NCBI GenBank assembly: GCA_036522195.1
Contig: DATDGF010000089.1
Location: 13,673-77,672 of the forward strand
Source of the DNA: Candidatus Acidiferrum sp.
Lineage (GTDB): Bacteria; Acidobacteriota; Terriglobia; Acidiferrales; UBA7541
Direction of reading: 5' to 3'
DNA: 64,000 nucleotides
Part shown: positions 40,241 through 50,819 of the stretch, one piece after another
Numbering within the stretch: the stretch's first letter is position 1
How the letters are laid out: every line of letters starts with the position of its first letter
Made by a program: the position numbers and the translations under genes
The notes under the pieces: generated by a model
Database searches by the model: none
What the model was told of the DNA's origin: nothing
The model's input: only the letters and a program-made list of their open reading frames with translations

Positions 40241-40269
40241 TCGCCAGGTCCCTGCTGGCCCGGTATAAT
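40241..40269 (+). promoter_or_regulatory. Sigma70-type promoter
   Basis: TTCGCC-17bp-TATAAT, 20 nt before ATG 40289. Confidence 0.5.
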
Positions 40270-40288
40270 CCCACAGGTATCAACCTTA

Positions 40289-40969
40289 ATGGCTAATCAT
40301 GCTTACTTGCGCCTGTGGACGCGCGATTTTTCCCTGGAAACGATGCTTGTGGAGTTCGCGCAGTTCCTGACGACCGCGCCGCTTTCGGCAACACAAGATA
40401 CATTCAGCGAACTGATTGTGCAGGCAGTGGACGCGGCGGAAATCCCGGTGGCGGAATGGGATCTGCGCCCACTGAAAATGGGGCCTGCGGAAGTTACCGC
40501 CATGGCTGTACAGCACCTGAATACGGACACGGCGTACGTTGTGAATGCAAAATGGGATTTGTGGGGCTTTGATATCGAGAGTTTGAAGTGGCAGCATAAG
40601 CCGGAGCCGCTGGTCTTGGCGTGCCACGGGCTAGACTATGACGACGGTCTTGCGGCGACATCGGGACACTTTATGGCCGACCTGGGCTTCGAGCACTTCT
40701 TTACGGGACACGGCGGACTGCTGGCGCCAGGAACGGCTTCGAATCCGTTCAACTCGTCGGATCACCCTATCGAGCACACTTTCCGACAATGGATGACGGC
40801 AAGTGGGAACTTGAAGGAATATCACGCCAAGACGCGGGAAAACATCCAACAATTGTTCCGATGGGTGGAGGCGGTGGAGCGGGCACTGCCGGTCGAGCGG
40901 AGCGAATTGTGGTCCGAAGGTGAGGAAAACTTTGAAGCGCGGCTGGATGCGATCCTGGCGCAGAGGTAG
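40289..40969 (+). CDS. Conserved-looking hypothetical protein
   Basis: 226-aa coding-like ORF with promoter; no family recognised. Confidence 0.75.
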   Translation: MANHAYLRLWTRDFSLETMLVEFAQFLTTAPLSATQDTFSELIVQAVDAAEIPVAEWDLRPLKMGPAEVTAMAVQHLNTDTAYVVNAKWDLWGFDIESLKWQHKPEPLVLACHGLDYDDGLAATSGHFMADLGFEHFFTGHGGLLAPGTASNPFNSSDHPIEHTFRQWMTASGNLKEYHAKTRENIQQLFRWVEAVERALPVERSELWSEGEENFEARLDAILAQR

Positions 40970-41162
40970 TGGATTCCAAACTAGGACAAGCCGGGCATGG
41001 CCCGTCCTTCCACCGAAGGCGGGCAACAGATAGAATTGTCGCATTGCGCATGGGATTCGGCGGATCCGGCTGCGCCTCGGGTGATGGAATGCTCTGCACG
41101 CCGGAAAAGGATGGGAAGCCGGAGCGAGTATTGAAAATCGCACTTGCGGCGACAAGGCTCTG

Positions 41163-41861
41163 ATGGAGAAAAGCTCACAAAGCGAATGTACGCGTGCTAA
41201 CGAGGCGGGTAGCGCCCCGTCCTTTCTTAAAGAAGGCTGGCGCGCAGGCGAGGCTTGCGGGTGGAGTATCCCCCTGAAATTTTCACTGGGTGTCTTGTCC
41301 CTGGCTGTTTTTCTTGGCGGGTGTGGCGCAGATGCGCCTTCGCCAGCGCCAGCGGCGGAAGCCAAGCCCGCTGAGCCTGCTGTGCCCGAAGACATGCAGG
41401 CGGCAGCGAAGGCCATGTTGGGAAGCGATTCGCAGGTATTGGCCTTTGGAGATCTGGCCAAAAACGGGAAACAGGAATTTCTTGCGGCGAACGTCGTGCC
41501 AAAAACTCCCACTAATAATTTGCCTGGAACCATCGTGACGCGCGTGGTGGTGGCGGAAGAAAACGATGGCAAGTGGGCAGAACTTCTGCGTTGTGATGAA
41601 CACTTGAAAAACCAGAAAGGCTACCTTGGTTTGACCCCACTGGTGCCCGTAACCGGATGGCGCTTGCAATATGAGCAAAATACCGATAAAGGCCTGCAAC
41701 TTTATTTCACGCCGCTGAAAGGCGCGGTTGATTCGCACGTGCTGCCGATCGGCGTGCGCTGGAACCCGGCGACAAAGCGCTACCAGTCGTTGGACCGCAC
41801 ATACGAACACTTTCTGCTGGAATCACCCTCGCTGCAAGATGTGAGGTCCACACTGCGATGA
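41163..41861 (+). CDS. Putative lipoprotein
   Basis: Hydrophobic stretch ending in lipobox FLGG-C; start uncertain; ATGA coupling to the ABC gene. Confidence 0.65.
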   Translation: MEKSSQSECTRANEAGSAPSFLKEGWRAGEACGWSIPLKFSLGVLSLAVFLGGCGADAPSPAPAAEAKPAEPAVPEDMQAAAKAMLGSDSQVLAFGDLAKNGKQEFLAANVVPKTPTNNLPGTIVTRVVVAEENDGKWAELLRCDEHLKNQKGYLGLTPLVPVTGWRLQYEQNTDKGLQLYFTPLKGAVDSHVLPIGVRWNPATKRYQSLDRTYEHFLLESPSLQDVRSTLR

Positions 41862-43813
41862 GCTCGGCCCCTTCAACTACTGACAATAAGCCGCCCACGA
41901 GTCCGCCGCCATCGGTCCCTAAAAAGGACTTGAGCGGCCTGATGCCTTACTTGCGGCGCTACCCGGGCGGGATCGTTTTCGGGCTGCTGACGGTTGTGCT
42001 GATGGGAATCGTCGGAAATGTGCTGCCACTGGCAACCGGCGTTATGACGGACACGCTTGCAGGGAATCCGGTGCCTTTTGAGCATGCCACGGCGACTGGT
42101 GCTCCGCCGGTTACGTTCGGCCTGAACCCGTCGACGCTGAGCCGCTCGGTTCCGTATTACGCACCGAGCAGCCGGCGCACGTTGGGAATTTATTGCCTGA
42201 TCGTCATTCTATGTGTCGCAATCAAGGGCGTGCTTTCGTTTTCTGCACGGTGGACACTGATCGGAGTATCGCGGGACATCGAATTCGACATTCGAAACGA
42301 TCTGCTGAAGCGGCTGCTGATCCTCGAGCCGGAATTCTATGTGCGCAATCGCACCGGCGAACTGATGTCGCGCGCCACGAATGACCTGAATGCGGTGCGC
42401 ATGGTGCTGGGTCCGGGAATCATGTATAGCGCGACGACGATCATCACAATGATCATGGCTATCCTCGTGATGGTCACCCTTTCGCCTTCCCTCACTCTGT
42501 GGGTTTTGATCCCCGCGCCGGTGGTGGCAGTCGCGGTGTGGTTCTTTGGCAAGACGATTCATGATCTTTACGAGAAAATCCAGGCTGCGCTCGCCACACT
42601 CACGGCGCGTGTACAGGAGAATCTTGCCGGCGTGCGCGTGGTCCGCGCTTACGCTCAGGAAGAAGCAGAAATCCGGGGATTCGACGAGCCTAACCGCGAG
42701 TATGTTTCGCGCAACATCCGCCTCATTCGAACCTGGAGCATGTTCATGCCGTCACTTCAGGCGCTGATTGGAACAACCTTTCTGATCGTGCTGTGGCAGG
42801 GCGGCCATCGGTTGCTCAATGGCCAGATTTCACTCGGCGCACTGATTGCGTTCAATGGCTATCTTGCTGTGCTCGTGTGGCCCATGATCGCGCTGGGATG
42901 GGTGACAAATATTTTTCAGCGCGGCGCGGCTTCCATGGGGCGCCTGAATTACATCCTTACCGCGCAGCCAAATATAGATGATCGCAACGCGAAAGTTCCA
43001 GAAGGCACCGTGCCTCACGGCGAGATCGAATTCCGGCACCTTACGTTCAAATACCCGACGTCTCTATCGGGAGGTGGTTCGAACGGCTCGGCAAAATCCA
43101 ATGGCAGCGGCCCTCATGCGGTACTACACGACATCAATCTGAAAATCCCCGCGGGTTCTACGCTCGCCATCGTTGGCCCCACGGGCAGCGGCAAGACCAC
43201 TCTGGCCGCGCTGATTGCACGCCTTTGGGAAGCGCCGGATGACTCGGTGTTGATTGACGGGCGTGCGATCCGCGAGTGGCCGCTCAAAACACTGCGGCAG
43301 TCCATTGGCTATGTTCCGCAGGACACCTACCTGTTCGGCGAGACGGTAGGGGGAAACATCGCGTTCGGCTTGCCGGAATATGAAGAGGCGCGCGTCCGCC
43401 AAGCCGCCGAAATTGCCAGCCTGGATGGTGACGTCGTGGGCTTTGGAAAAGGCTACGAGACCATGGTCGGCGAGCGCGGCATCACGCTCTCCGGCGGACA
43501 AAAGCAACGGGCCGCGATTGCACGCGCCGTGGTACGCGATCCGCGCATTCTCATCCTGGATGATTCTCTTTCTGCCGTGGACACGCAGACGGAAGAACGA
43601 ATCCTCAATGGACTGCGCGGAATCATGGAAGGCCGCACGACGGTTCTGATCTCGCACCGCACCTCGACGGTCCGCGACGCGGACCAAATTGTGGTTTTGG
43701 TCGCCGGCGCCATCACCGAGCGCGGAACGCATGACGAGCTTCTCGCGCGCGGCGGCTATTACGCGGATTTGTACCAAAAACAGTTGTTGGAAGAAGAGCT
43801 CGAACGCGCATGA
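41858..43813 (+). CDS. ABC exporter half-transporter (degenerate NBD)
   Basis: TMD + GPTGSGKT, LSGGQ, Walker B ILILDD (catalytic Glu replaced by Asp). Confidence 0.93.
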   Translation: MSSAPSTTDNKPPTSPPPSVPKKDLSGLMPYLRRYPGGIVFGLLTVVLMGIVGNVLPLATGVMTDTLAGNPVPFEHATATGAPPVTFGLNPSTLSRSVPYYAPSSRRTLGIYCLIVILCVAIKGVLSFSARWTLIGVSRDIEFDIRNDLLKRLLILEPEFYVRNRTGELMSRATNDLNAVRMVLGPGIMYSATTIITMIMAILVMVTLSPSLTLWVLIPAPVVAVAVWFFGKTIHDLYEKIQAALATLTARVQENLAGVRVVRAYAQEEAEIRGFDEPNREYVSRNIRLIRTWSMFMPSLQALIGTTFLIVLWQGGHRLLNGQISLGALIAFNGYLAVLVWPMIALGWVTNIFQRGAASMGRLNYILTAQPNIDDRNAKVPEGTVPHGEIEFRHLTFKYPTSLSGGGSNGSAKSNGSGPHAVLHDINLKIPAGSTLAIVGPTGSGKTTLAALIARLWEAPDDSVLIDGRAIREWPLKTLRQSIGYVPQDTYLFGETVGGNIAFGLPEYEEARVRQAAEIASLDGDVVGFGKGYETMVGERGITLSGGQKQRAAIARAVVRDPRILILDDSLSAVDTQTEERILNGLRGIMEGRTTVLISHRTSTVRDADQIVVLVAGAITERGTHDELLARGGYYADLYQKQLLEEELERA

Positions 43814-45687
43814 GCAACCTGCAAGAAGAAGAGGCCCTCGGCAAAGCGTACGATTCGCGCTTGATGCGGCGGCTGTTGCAGTACATGAAGCCGTACAAAT
43901 GGCGCGTGCTGCTGGCGCTTGTCATGGTGGCCATCGTCACGCCGCTGGAACTGGCGCCTCCATTGATTTTTCGAAGGGCCATCGATAGTTACTTCGTTCC
44001 CGCGCTGAAACATTTGCTCCCGGAAGCATCGGCATGGACGGGCATCGGCTGGCTGAGCCTGCTCTTTCTGGGCGTGCTTACGTTCGACTTCCTTGCGCAA
44101 TACATCCAGATTCGAATCATGCAGCGCGTCGGCCAGCAGACGATGTACGACATGCGCGGCGAAATTTTCAGTCACATGCAGCGTCTGCCGATGAGCTACT
44201 TCGACCGCAATCCGGTCGGGCGGCTGGTGACCCGAGTGACCACCGACGTTGATGCCCTCAACGATCTCTTTGCTGCCGGCGTCGTCACCATGATCAACGA
44301 CTTCTTTCTCCTTGTGGTTATGGCCGGCCTGCTCTTCAAGATAGACCGCCGCCTGGCGCTGGACACGCTTGCCGTCCTGCCCGGCATCCTGATCGTCACC
44401 ATGATTTTCCGCAAATTCGTCCGCGACGCGAATCGCCGCATCCGTACGGCCATTGCACGAATCAACGCTTTCCTCCAGGAATACATTTCCGGCATGGGCA
44501 TCGTGCAGCTTTTCAACCGCGAACGCAAAGCCATGGAAGAATTCGAAAAGCGCAATCGCGACAATATGCTCGCCTGGCGCGATGCGATTCTTGCCTATGC
44601 GCTCTTCTACCCGGCTGTCGAATTTCTCAGCTTCGCGACCATTGCATTGATTTATTGGTCCGGCGGAAATCGAATTCTCCACGGCGCCCTCAGCCTAGGC
44701 GTTCTCACCGCCTTTACGATGTTTGCGCAGCGCTTTTTCCGGCCGATTCAGGACCTCAGCGAAAAATTCAACATCCTGCAATCCGCCATGGCGGCTTCCG
44801 AGCGCATCTTCAAACTGCTCGATGAGCCGGTGCTGGTGGAATCCGATCCCAACGCCATTCCGCTCGACCACCCGCGCGGCGAAATTGAATTCCGCAACGT
44901 GTGGTTCAGCTACCGCAACGTTGCGGAGCCTGCCGAGGAAGACTGGATTTTGCGTGATGTCTCGTTCCGGGTGGAGCCCGGGCAGACTATCGCCATCGTG
45001 GGGCACACGGGCGCGGGAAAGACTACGCTGATTTCCTTGCTGCTGCGCTTCTACGACATTCAGCGCGGACAAATTCTCCTGGACGGCAAGGACATTCGAA
45101 CGATTGAACTGCAGGATTTGCGCCGGCAATTCGGCATCGTGCTGCAGGATCCGTTTCTTTTTACCGGAACGATCGAGACGAATATTTGTCTGGGTACGCC
45201 GGGTATTACGCGCGCGACCGTGGAAAGCGCCGTAGATGAGATCGGGCTCGGGGAATTCGTACGTTCTCTTCCGGAGGGAGTCGGCGCCAGTGTCAATGAG
45301 CGAGGTTCGACACTTTCGGTCGGGCAGCGGCAGCTCATCAATTTTGCGCGCGCGCTGGCGCACAATCCACGCTTCCTGATTCTGGATGAGGCCACTTCGA
45401 GCGTGGACACCAAAACGGAATTGCTCATTCGCGAAGCGCTCGGACGCTTGCTCTCCGGGCGGACTGCGCTTGTCATCGCGCACCGGCTGAGCACGATTCA
45501 GCACGCAGACCGTATCCTGGTATTTCACAAGGGCCGGCTGCGCGAACAGGGCGCGCACCAGGAATTGCTCGCCGAGCGCGGAATCTACTACAGGCTTTAC
45601 CAGCTCCAGTACAAGGAGCAAGAGCTGCACCTTCCGCTCGAAGCGAACGGCTCCGTGGAACCGTCGCCGCTGCCGGCCAGCGATTGA
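43810..45687 (+). CDS. ABC exporter half-transporter (consensus NBD)
   Basis: TMD + GHTGAGKT, LSVGQ, ILDEATSSVD, IAHRLST. Confidence 0.93.
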   Translation: MSNLQEEEALGKAYDSRLMRRLLQYMKPYKWRVLLALVMVAIVTPLELAPPLIFRRAIDSYFVPALKHLLPEASAWTGIGWLSLLFLGVLTFDFLAQYIQIRIMQRVGQQTMYDMRGEIFSHMQRLPMSYFDRNPVGRLVTRVTTDVDALNDLFAAGVVTMINDFFLLVVMAGLLFKIDRRLALDTLAVLPGILIVTMIFRKFVRDANRRIRTAIARINAFLQEYISGMGIVQLFNRERKAMEEFEKRNRDNMLAWRDAILAYALFYPAVEFLSFATIALIYWSGGNRILHGALSLGVLTAFTMFAQRFFRPIQDLSEKFNILQSAMAASERIFKLLDEPVLVESDPNAIPLDHPRGEIEFRNVWFSYRNVAEPAEEDWILRDVSFRVEPGQTIAIVGHTGAGKTTLISLLLRFYDIQRGQILLDGKDIRTIELQDLRRQFGIVLQDPFLFTGTIETNICLGTPGITRATVESAVDEIGLGEFVRSLPEGVGASVNERGSTLSVGQRQLINFARALAHNPRFLILDEATSSVDTKTELLIREALGRLLSGRTALVIAHRLSTIQHADRILVFHKGRLREQGAHQELLAERGIYYRLYQLQYKEQELHLPLEANGSVEPSPLPASD

Positions 45688-45705
45688 TCGCCGCGAAAAC
45701 TCTTC

Positions 45706-46872
45706 ATGCCACCCATACCGCTCCTTCTCTCCGCCGGCGAAGCCTCGGGAGACATGTACGCCGCGCAGCTCGCGACGGCGCTAAAGCAGCGCATGGACGT
45801 GGCGATTTTCGGGATGGGCGGGCCGCAAATGCGCGCCGTAGGCGTCGAGATCATCACGGATTATTCCGAAGTTTCCGTGGTGGGTATCACGGAAGTGCTG
45901 AGACGGCTCCCATCGCTGCGGCGCGCCATGAGGCGGCTGGTGGATGAAGCGGAACGTCGCCGTCCGCCGCTCGCGATTCTTACGGACTTCCCCGGTTTTC
46001 ATCTCCGGCTCGCGCGTAAATTGCGGCCTAGAGGCATTCGAAACGTCTACTACGTTTGTCCGCAATTCTGGGCTTGGCGGCCCTGGCGCGTGAACCTGGT
46101 CCGGCGGCGCTTTGCCCAAGCGCTGTGCATTTTCCATTTCGAGGAAAAGTTCTACGCCGACGCCGGCGTGCCCGTGAAATTTATCGGCCACCCTCTTGTC
46201 GGAAACGTGAAGCCCACATTGACACGAGAATTTTTCTGCAAGAAACATGGTTTGGAAGAAGGGAACCCTATCCTCACCATCCTGCCGGGGAGCCGGCGGG
46301 GGGAGATCGCTCACCATGTGCCGGTGCTGGTCGAAGCACTCGCAGAGATGAGACGCGCCTCTCCAGGCCGACTCGAAGTGGTGGTGGCGGTAGCTCCGGG
46401 ACTGGGCTTGGAAAAACTGAAAGCAATGTTCCCCGCGCAGCTGGGAGCTAAATTCGTTGAGGAAGATACGTACAACGCGCTGGCTGCCGCGGACCTGGCC
46501 ATTGTCTCCAGCGGTACGGCGACAGTGGAAACGGCGCTACTCGGAAAACCAATGATTGTGGTGTACCGGCTATCGCCGCTGACCGCCCGTCTGGCAAAAC
46601 CACTGGTAAGAACGAAGTTTTTCAGCATGGTGAACCTGATCGCTGGCCGCGCGGTGGTACCGGAACTAATCCAGGACGATTTCACGCCTCGGCGCCTGGC
46701 TGAGGAAGTCGCAAAGCTCTTGCCTTTGTCAAAAGAGGGCGAACACCGCGTGAACAACATGAAGCTGGGGCTAGCAGAGGTGCAAAAGCTGCTGGGTCCG
46801 CCGGGGGCCGTGGATCGGGCGGCAGACGTCATTGCCGCGCTTTTGCGCGCTGGCGAAAGCAACGCGAAGTGA
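45706..46872 (+). CDS. lpxB: Lipid-A-disaccharide synthase
   Basis: SAGEASGDMY, DFPGFHL, PQFWAWRPWR, IGHPL, LPGSRRGE, SSGTATVE. Confidence 0.96.
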   Translation: MPPIPLLLSAGEASGDMYAAQLATALKQRMDVAIFGMGGPQMRAVGVEIITDYSEVSVVGITEVLRRLPSLRRAMRRLVDEAERRRPPLAILTDFPGFHLRLARKLRPRGIRNVYYVCPQFWAWRPWRVNLVRRRFAQALCIFHFEEKFYADAGVPVKFIGHPLVGNVKPTLTREFFCKKHGLEEGNPILTILPGSRRGEIAHHVPVLVEALAEMRRASPGRLEVVVAVAPGLGLEKLKAMFPAQLGAKFVEEDTYNALAAADLAIVSSGTATVETALLGKPMIVVYRLSPLTARLAKPLVRTKFFSMVNLIAGRAVVPELIQDDFTPRRLAEEVAKLLPLSKEGEHRVNNMKLGLAEVQKLLGPPGAVDRAADVIAALLRAGESNAK

Positions 46873-46897
46873 TGGGTTTGGTATCCTATAGAGGTAC

Positions 46898-49090
46898 ATG
46901 GCTGCGCGGTTGAACCCAATTGAAAGGGGTGCGATGGCCCTTCGTCGAGGAATTTCCGCTTTATCTTGCCTGTTTGCGATGATGCTGTTTGTTTGCGCCG
47001 CTCCGCTACGCGCACAAGCGCCCCGGCCGGTGACGTTTCTCGCCCAGCATTACGACGTTTCAGCCACACTGGACGCCATTGGGCAATCGCTTTCTGCCAC
47101 TGCCAAGATTGATTTCAAGGCCGTGGAAGCCTCCAGCAGCGTGCGCGTGGAACTGCATCCGAATCTCATCGTTAAGGAAGTAAAAGGCGCGGATGGCAAA
47201 CCGCTGACATTCGAACGCGACAATCAGAATCCTCTGATTGTCATCGTGCAACTCCCCACGCCGGTGGCGACGGACGGCAAGCTGACCCTGACGTACACCT
47301 ACGCAGGCCTGCTCTTCAATGAAGAAAACAGCCCGGTGCCGGGTAACCGTGTGGCCTCCATCAACAAGGACGGCGCGTATTTGCTGCTTCCCGCGCGCTG
47401 GTTTCCGCTCACAAATTATCCGGCGAACCGTTTCACAGCAACATTCCGGCTGAATGTGCCGGACTCGTTTGCAGTGGCCGGTACCGGCAAGGCCGGCGCT
47501 CCGACGCCCATGGCGGGAAGAAACGCCGTCGAGGGCGGACGGCTTCTCTATACATTCGAATGCAAGAATCCGGCGCCTAACGGGACGTATGTGGCTGGCA
47601 ATCTGCAGCTCAATCCAAAGCAGGCGGAAGGAATCAGCGTCGCAGTCTATGCTCCACGAGCGGCGTCCGCCAATGCGGAAGATTTTGCAACAGACGTGGC
47701 GCGGTCGGTGATTATTTTCTCGGACATGTTTGGGCCTCTGCCCGATCCGTCAATGACCATCATCCAGTTGCCGGATGGAACGCTTCGCGATTTTGCGGCT
47801 CCCGGGATCCTGCTGCTCAGCCAGCGCAGTTGGGATCCGAAAGCGAGCGACCGAACGATCGCCAAGCTGGTGGCCGCGCAATGGTGGGGTGTACAAGTTC
47901 TTCCTACGACGCCGGGCGATGTGTGGATCACCGACGGATTGGCGCAATATTCCGAAATTCTTTACGCCGAACAGAATGCCGGCAGAGAAGCCGGGCTGAA
48001 GACCGTGGATGAATTCGCGGTAGGCGCGCTGATGTACGAAGAAGCTGCGCCGGTGGCGCAGGCCGCGCGGCTGGCTCCTTATTCTCCGGACTACCGTTCC
48101 GTGGTGCTGAACAAAGGCGCGATGATCTTTCACATGTTGCGCGCGATGATGGGAGACGCAGCATTCAAAATGGCGCTGCGTGATTTCTACTTTCAATACG
48201 CGGAGAAAAGCGCGCGCATCGAGGACTTTGAACGAATTGCCGAGCGTCGTGAGAATGCTTCGGTAAAGCCGCCGCAGGAGCCGGCCAATCTGAGAAGCTT
48301 TTTTGCGCAGTGGCTGAACTCCACGGGCGTGCCGGAATTTACGCTTGAGTATGTTGTGTACCGGACGCCGAAAGGATTCCGCGTCGTCGGGAAAATCAAA
48401 CAGCCGCTGGACACCTTCCGCATGCCGGTGGAGCTGCGCATCGACACAGAGGGAAATCCGGAATTAAAGACCATTGATGTGATCGGGACCGAGTCGGGCT
48501 TTACGGTGGAAACGTTTGGCCGGCCAAAGCCGGGTGGGATAAAAATTGATCCCAACAACTTGATTCTCAAGGGCAGCGTTTCACTGCGCGCGCGCGCCGC
48601 GGTCGCGCGCGGCGAAGAGCTCGCCGAGCAGGGCCGCTTCTACGACGCCATCGCGCAATACCAGCGCGCGCTCGCCATTCAGCCAAACCGGCCGCTGGCT
48701 AATTTCCGGATGGGCGAAGCGTTCTTTTATCAGAAGAACTATCAGGCAGGGGCCAACGCGTTCCGCGAAGCCCTACAGACCGTGCCGGAGCCGTCGGAGA
48801 AATGGACGGAAGTCTGGAGCCGCATCTATCTCGGAATGATTTTTGATCTGTTGGGGCAGCGCGAACGCGCCGTCAACGAATATAGCAAGGCCAAGCAAAC
48901 GAACGATGATACCGGCAACGCGCAGCAGATCGCAGAAGCTTATCTGAAGAAACCGTATACGGAAGGCGGAGTCCTGATTGCAACGCCCACGGCGACAGAG
49001 CCGAAACCCAAACCAGCATCGACCGTGCCGGTGCCGGCTTCCGGCGAAAGGCCGGTGCTGAAAAAACCGAATCCTTACGCTGGCAGGTAA
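46898..49090 (+). CDS. M1 aminopeptidase-fold protein lacking zinc ligands + C-terminal TPR
   Basis: HYDVSATLD, WFP, WITDGLAQY, NKGAMIFHMLR, FFAQWL; HExxH site reads KLVAA; TPR helices at the C-terminus. Confidence 0.85.
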   Translation: MAARLNPIERGAMALRRGISALSCLFAMMLFVCAAPLRAQAPRPVTFLAQHYDVSATLDAIGQSLSATAKIDFKAVEASSSVRVELHPNLIVKEVKGADGKPLTFERDNQNPLIVIVQLPTPVATDGKLTLTYTYAGLLFNEENSPVPGNRVASINKDGAYLLLPARWFPLTNYPANRFTATFRLNVPDSFAVAGTGKAGAPTPMAGRNAVEGGRLLYTFECKNPAPNGTYVAGNLQLNPKQAEGISVAVYAPRAASANAEDFATDVARSVIIFSDMFGPLPDPSMTIIQLPDGTLRDFAAPGILLLSQRSWDPKASDRTIAKLVAAQWWGVQVLPTTPGDVWITDGLAQYSEILYAEQNAGREAGLKTVDEFAVGALMYEEAAPVAQAARLAPYSPDYRSVVLNKGAMIFHMLRAMMGDAAFKMALRDFYFQYAEKSARIEDFERIAERRENASVKPPQEPANLRSFFAQWLNSTGVPEFTLEYVVYRTPKGFRVVGKIKQPLDTFRMPVELRIDTEGNPELKTIDVIGTESGFTVETFGRPKPGGIKIDPNNLILKGSVSLRARAAVARGEELAEQGRFYDAIAQYQRALAIQPNRPLANFRMGEAFFYQKNYQAGANAFREALQTVPEPSEKWTEVWSRIYLGMIFDLLGQRERAVNEYSKAKQTNDDTGNAQQIAEAYLKKPYTEGGVLIATPTATEPKPKPASTVPVPASGERPVLKKPNPYAGR

Positions 49091-49120
49091 GAGAGCGGCA
49101 GCTGAAGTGGGAACAGCGGA

Positions 49121-50239
49121 CTATGAGATTCCCGCCAGGCCCGTGAGCTGCGGAGTGGTTGTACCCTTTTGCTGAACCAAAACCTGGAATCGCTCGCCCA
49201 TTCCTTCCGGATAAATTAACGTCTTGAGCTGCAACCGGGCGCGGGCGCGCTCCACTTCTGTCTGACCCTCATCGTAGAGATCAGCGAATTCATTGCCACG
49301 GCCGAGCGCGAGCAGGAAAGCGGTTTGCGAAACGAGACCTGCGGTCTCCAGGCCCGTACGTTTTCCCCATGTTTCAAGGGCAGTGAAATTGACATGCGCG
49401 GTCAGGTCCTGCTCGCCGGGTGAATCGTAATAATTTTCCGTCGCGCGATGGTCACGGTAGGCCAGCAAAGTTCCGCGCATATGATGGTCGTCGAATAGCT
49501 CCGGGGCGCGGTGTCCGTAGTCGACGGTGAGAACATAGCCGCGTTCGAGGCGGCGGCCCACTTCCGTGATCCAGTCGCAGGCCTCGAGCCCTGCCTCGGC
49601 TTGCTGGCCGTCGTGAAGAATGATCCCCTGCACCGCAAAGTACTCGGTGATCGCGCAAGTGAAAAGCTCGGCGACGCAATCCACAAATCCGCCGTCGCTT
49701 ACGTTTACGAAGATTTCTTTCAGCGCGCCATCTTCCATTACGACGCGGTGGACAGGCAGCGCATCGGCCAGTTCGTTCGAGAAAAGGCAGCCCGCAGGGA
49801 TATGCGGCGGAATTTCAACGGAGGCCTCGAAGTGGCCCGCATCGGCGTGGCGCTTTGCGCGGGCTGATGACTGCTCGCGGCGCGCTGCCGAGCGCTCCAC
49901 CGCGACATAGCGCAGCGGTTCATAAAATGCGGGAAGTCTCGATTCGCTGAAATCGAGAATATGCGCTGCAAGCCGCCCAACACCTGCACCGGCTTCGACA
50001 AGAGTAAATTCCGATGGACGGTCAAGGTATTCCCACATTTCGCTGAATTGCCGCGCCAGCAACCGTCCAAAGATGGGATGAACATCCACGCTTGTGTAGT
50101 AATCGGCGAAGCGCGTGGATTCCGTCTTGCTGTAATAGCCGTGGACCGGGTGATACAGGCATTCGCGCATGAAATCGGCGAATGCGACGGGCCCATAGCG
50201 GCGGATACGATCGGCAAGCAATTCGGCGAGCGGCGTCAC
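49121..50239 (-). CDS. SAM-dependent methyltransferase, MidA/NDUFAF7 family
   Basis: FMRECLYHPVHGYY, VEAGAGVG, SNELADALP, DYG, GEQDLTAHVNF; GTG start coupled to the macro gene stop. Confidence 0.9.
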   Translation of the reverse strand: MTPLAELLADRIRRYGPVAFADFMRECLYHPVHGYYSKTESTRFADYYTSVDVHPIFGRLLARQFSEMWEYLDRPSEFTLVEAGAGVGRLAAHILDFSESRLPAFYEPLRYVAVERSAARREQSSARAKRHADAGHFEASVEIPPHIPAGCLFSNELADALPVHRVVMEDGALKEIFVNVSDGGFVDCVAELFTCAITEYFAVQGIILHDGQQAEAGLEACDWITEVGRRLERGYVLTVDYGHRAPELFDDHHMRGTLLAYRDHRATENYYDSPGEQDLTAHVNFTALETWGKRTGLETAGLVSQTAFLLALGRGNEFADLYDEGQTEVERARARLQLKTLIYPEGMGERFQVLVQQKGTTTPQLTGLAGIS

Positions 50240-50793
50240 GCGCCTTTGGCTCCCGCGGTGTCGGCGGCGGGTTCGATCTGAATCTGCTTCCACATCCGCG
50301 TGAAAATCCCTTCCGCGACTTCATCGAACAGCACGAAATAAATCGTTTCGAGCGAGGTTTCGCCTTTCAGGTGACGTGCGGCTTCACGTAGCATAATCTC
50401 TGCGCACTCTTTCAGCGGAAAGCCGGCGATGCCGGTGCCTACCGCAGGAAACGCAATGGATTTCAGGCCGCGCTCGTCGGCGATCCTCAGAGAGTGGGCC
50501 GTGGAATGCCGCAATGTGTCCGCACTGGTTTTCCCACCCAATTGCATGCTGGCGGAGTGAATCACGAAGCGCGCTTTCAGTTTTCCGCCGGTGGTGATGG
50601 CCGCATAGCCAACCGGAATGCTGCCGATAGAATCGCATTCGCGCTGAATCGCGTCTCCACCCTTGCGGCGGATGGCGCCGGCAACTCCCGCGCCGAGTAC
50701 CAAGTCATTGTTCGCCGCGTTGACGATGGCGTCGGTGTCCATCTCAGTTAAGTCGCCCTGCTGAATTACGATTCTTTCTGCCAGAGATTTCAT
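50236..50793 (-). CDS. Macrodomain protein (YmdB-like)
   Basis: GDLT..DAIVNAAN..GAGVAGAI, SIAFPAVGTGIAG. Confidence 0.93.
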   Translation of the reverse strand: MKSLAERIVIQQGDLTEMDTDAIVNAANNDLVLGAGVAGAIRRKGGDAIQRECDSIGSIPVGYAAITTGGKLKARFVIHSASMQLGGKTSADTLRHSTAHSLRIADERGLKSIAFPAVGTGIAGFPLKECAEIMLREAARHLKGETSLETIYFVLFDEVAEGIFTRMWKQIQIEPAADTAGAKGA

Positions 50794-50819
50794 CGTGCGT
50801 TCATTCCTGCCTCGTATGG

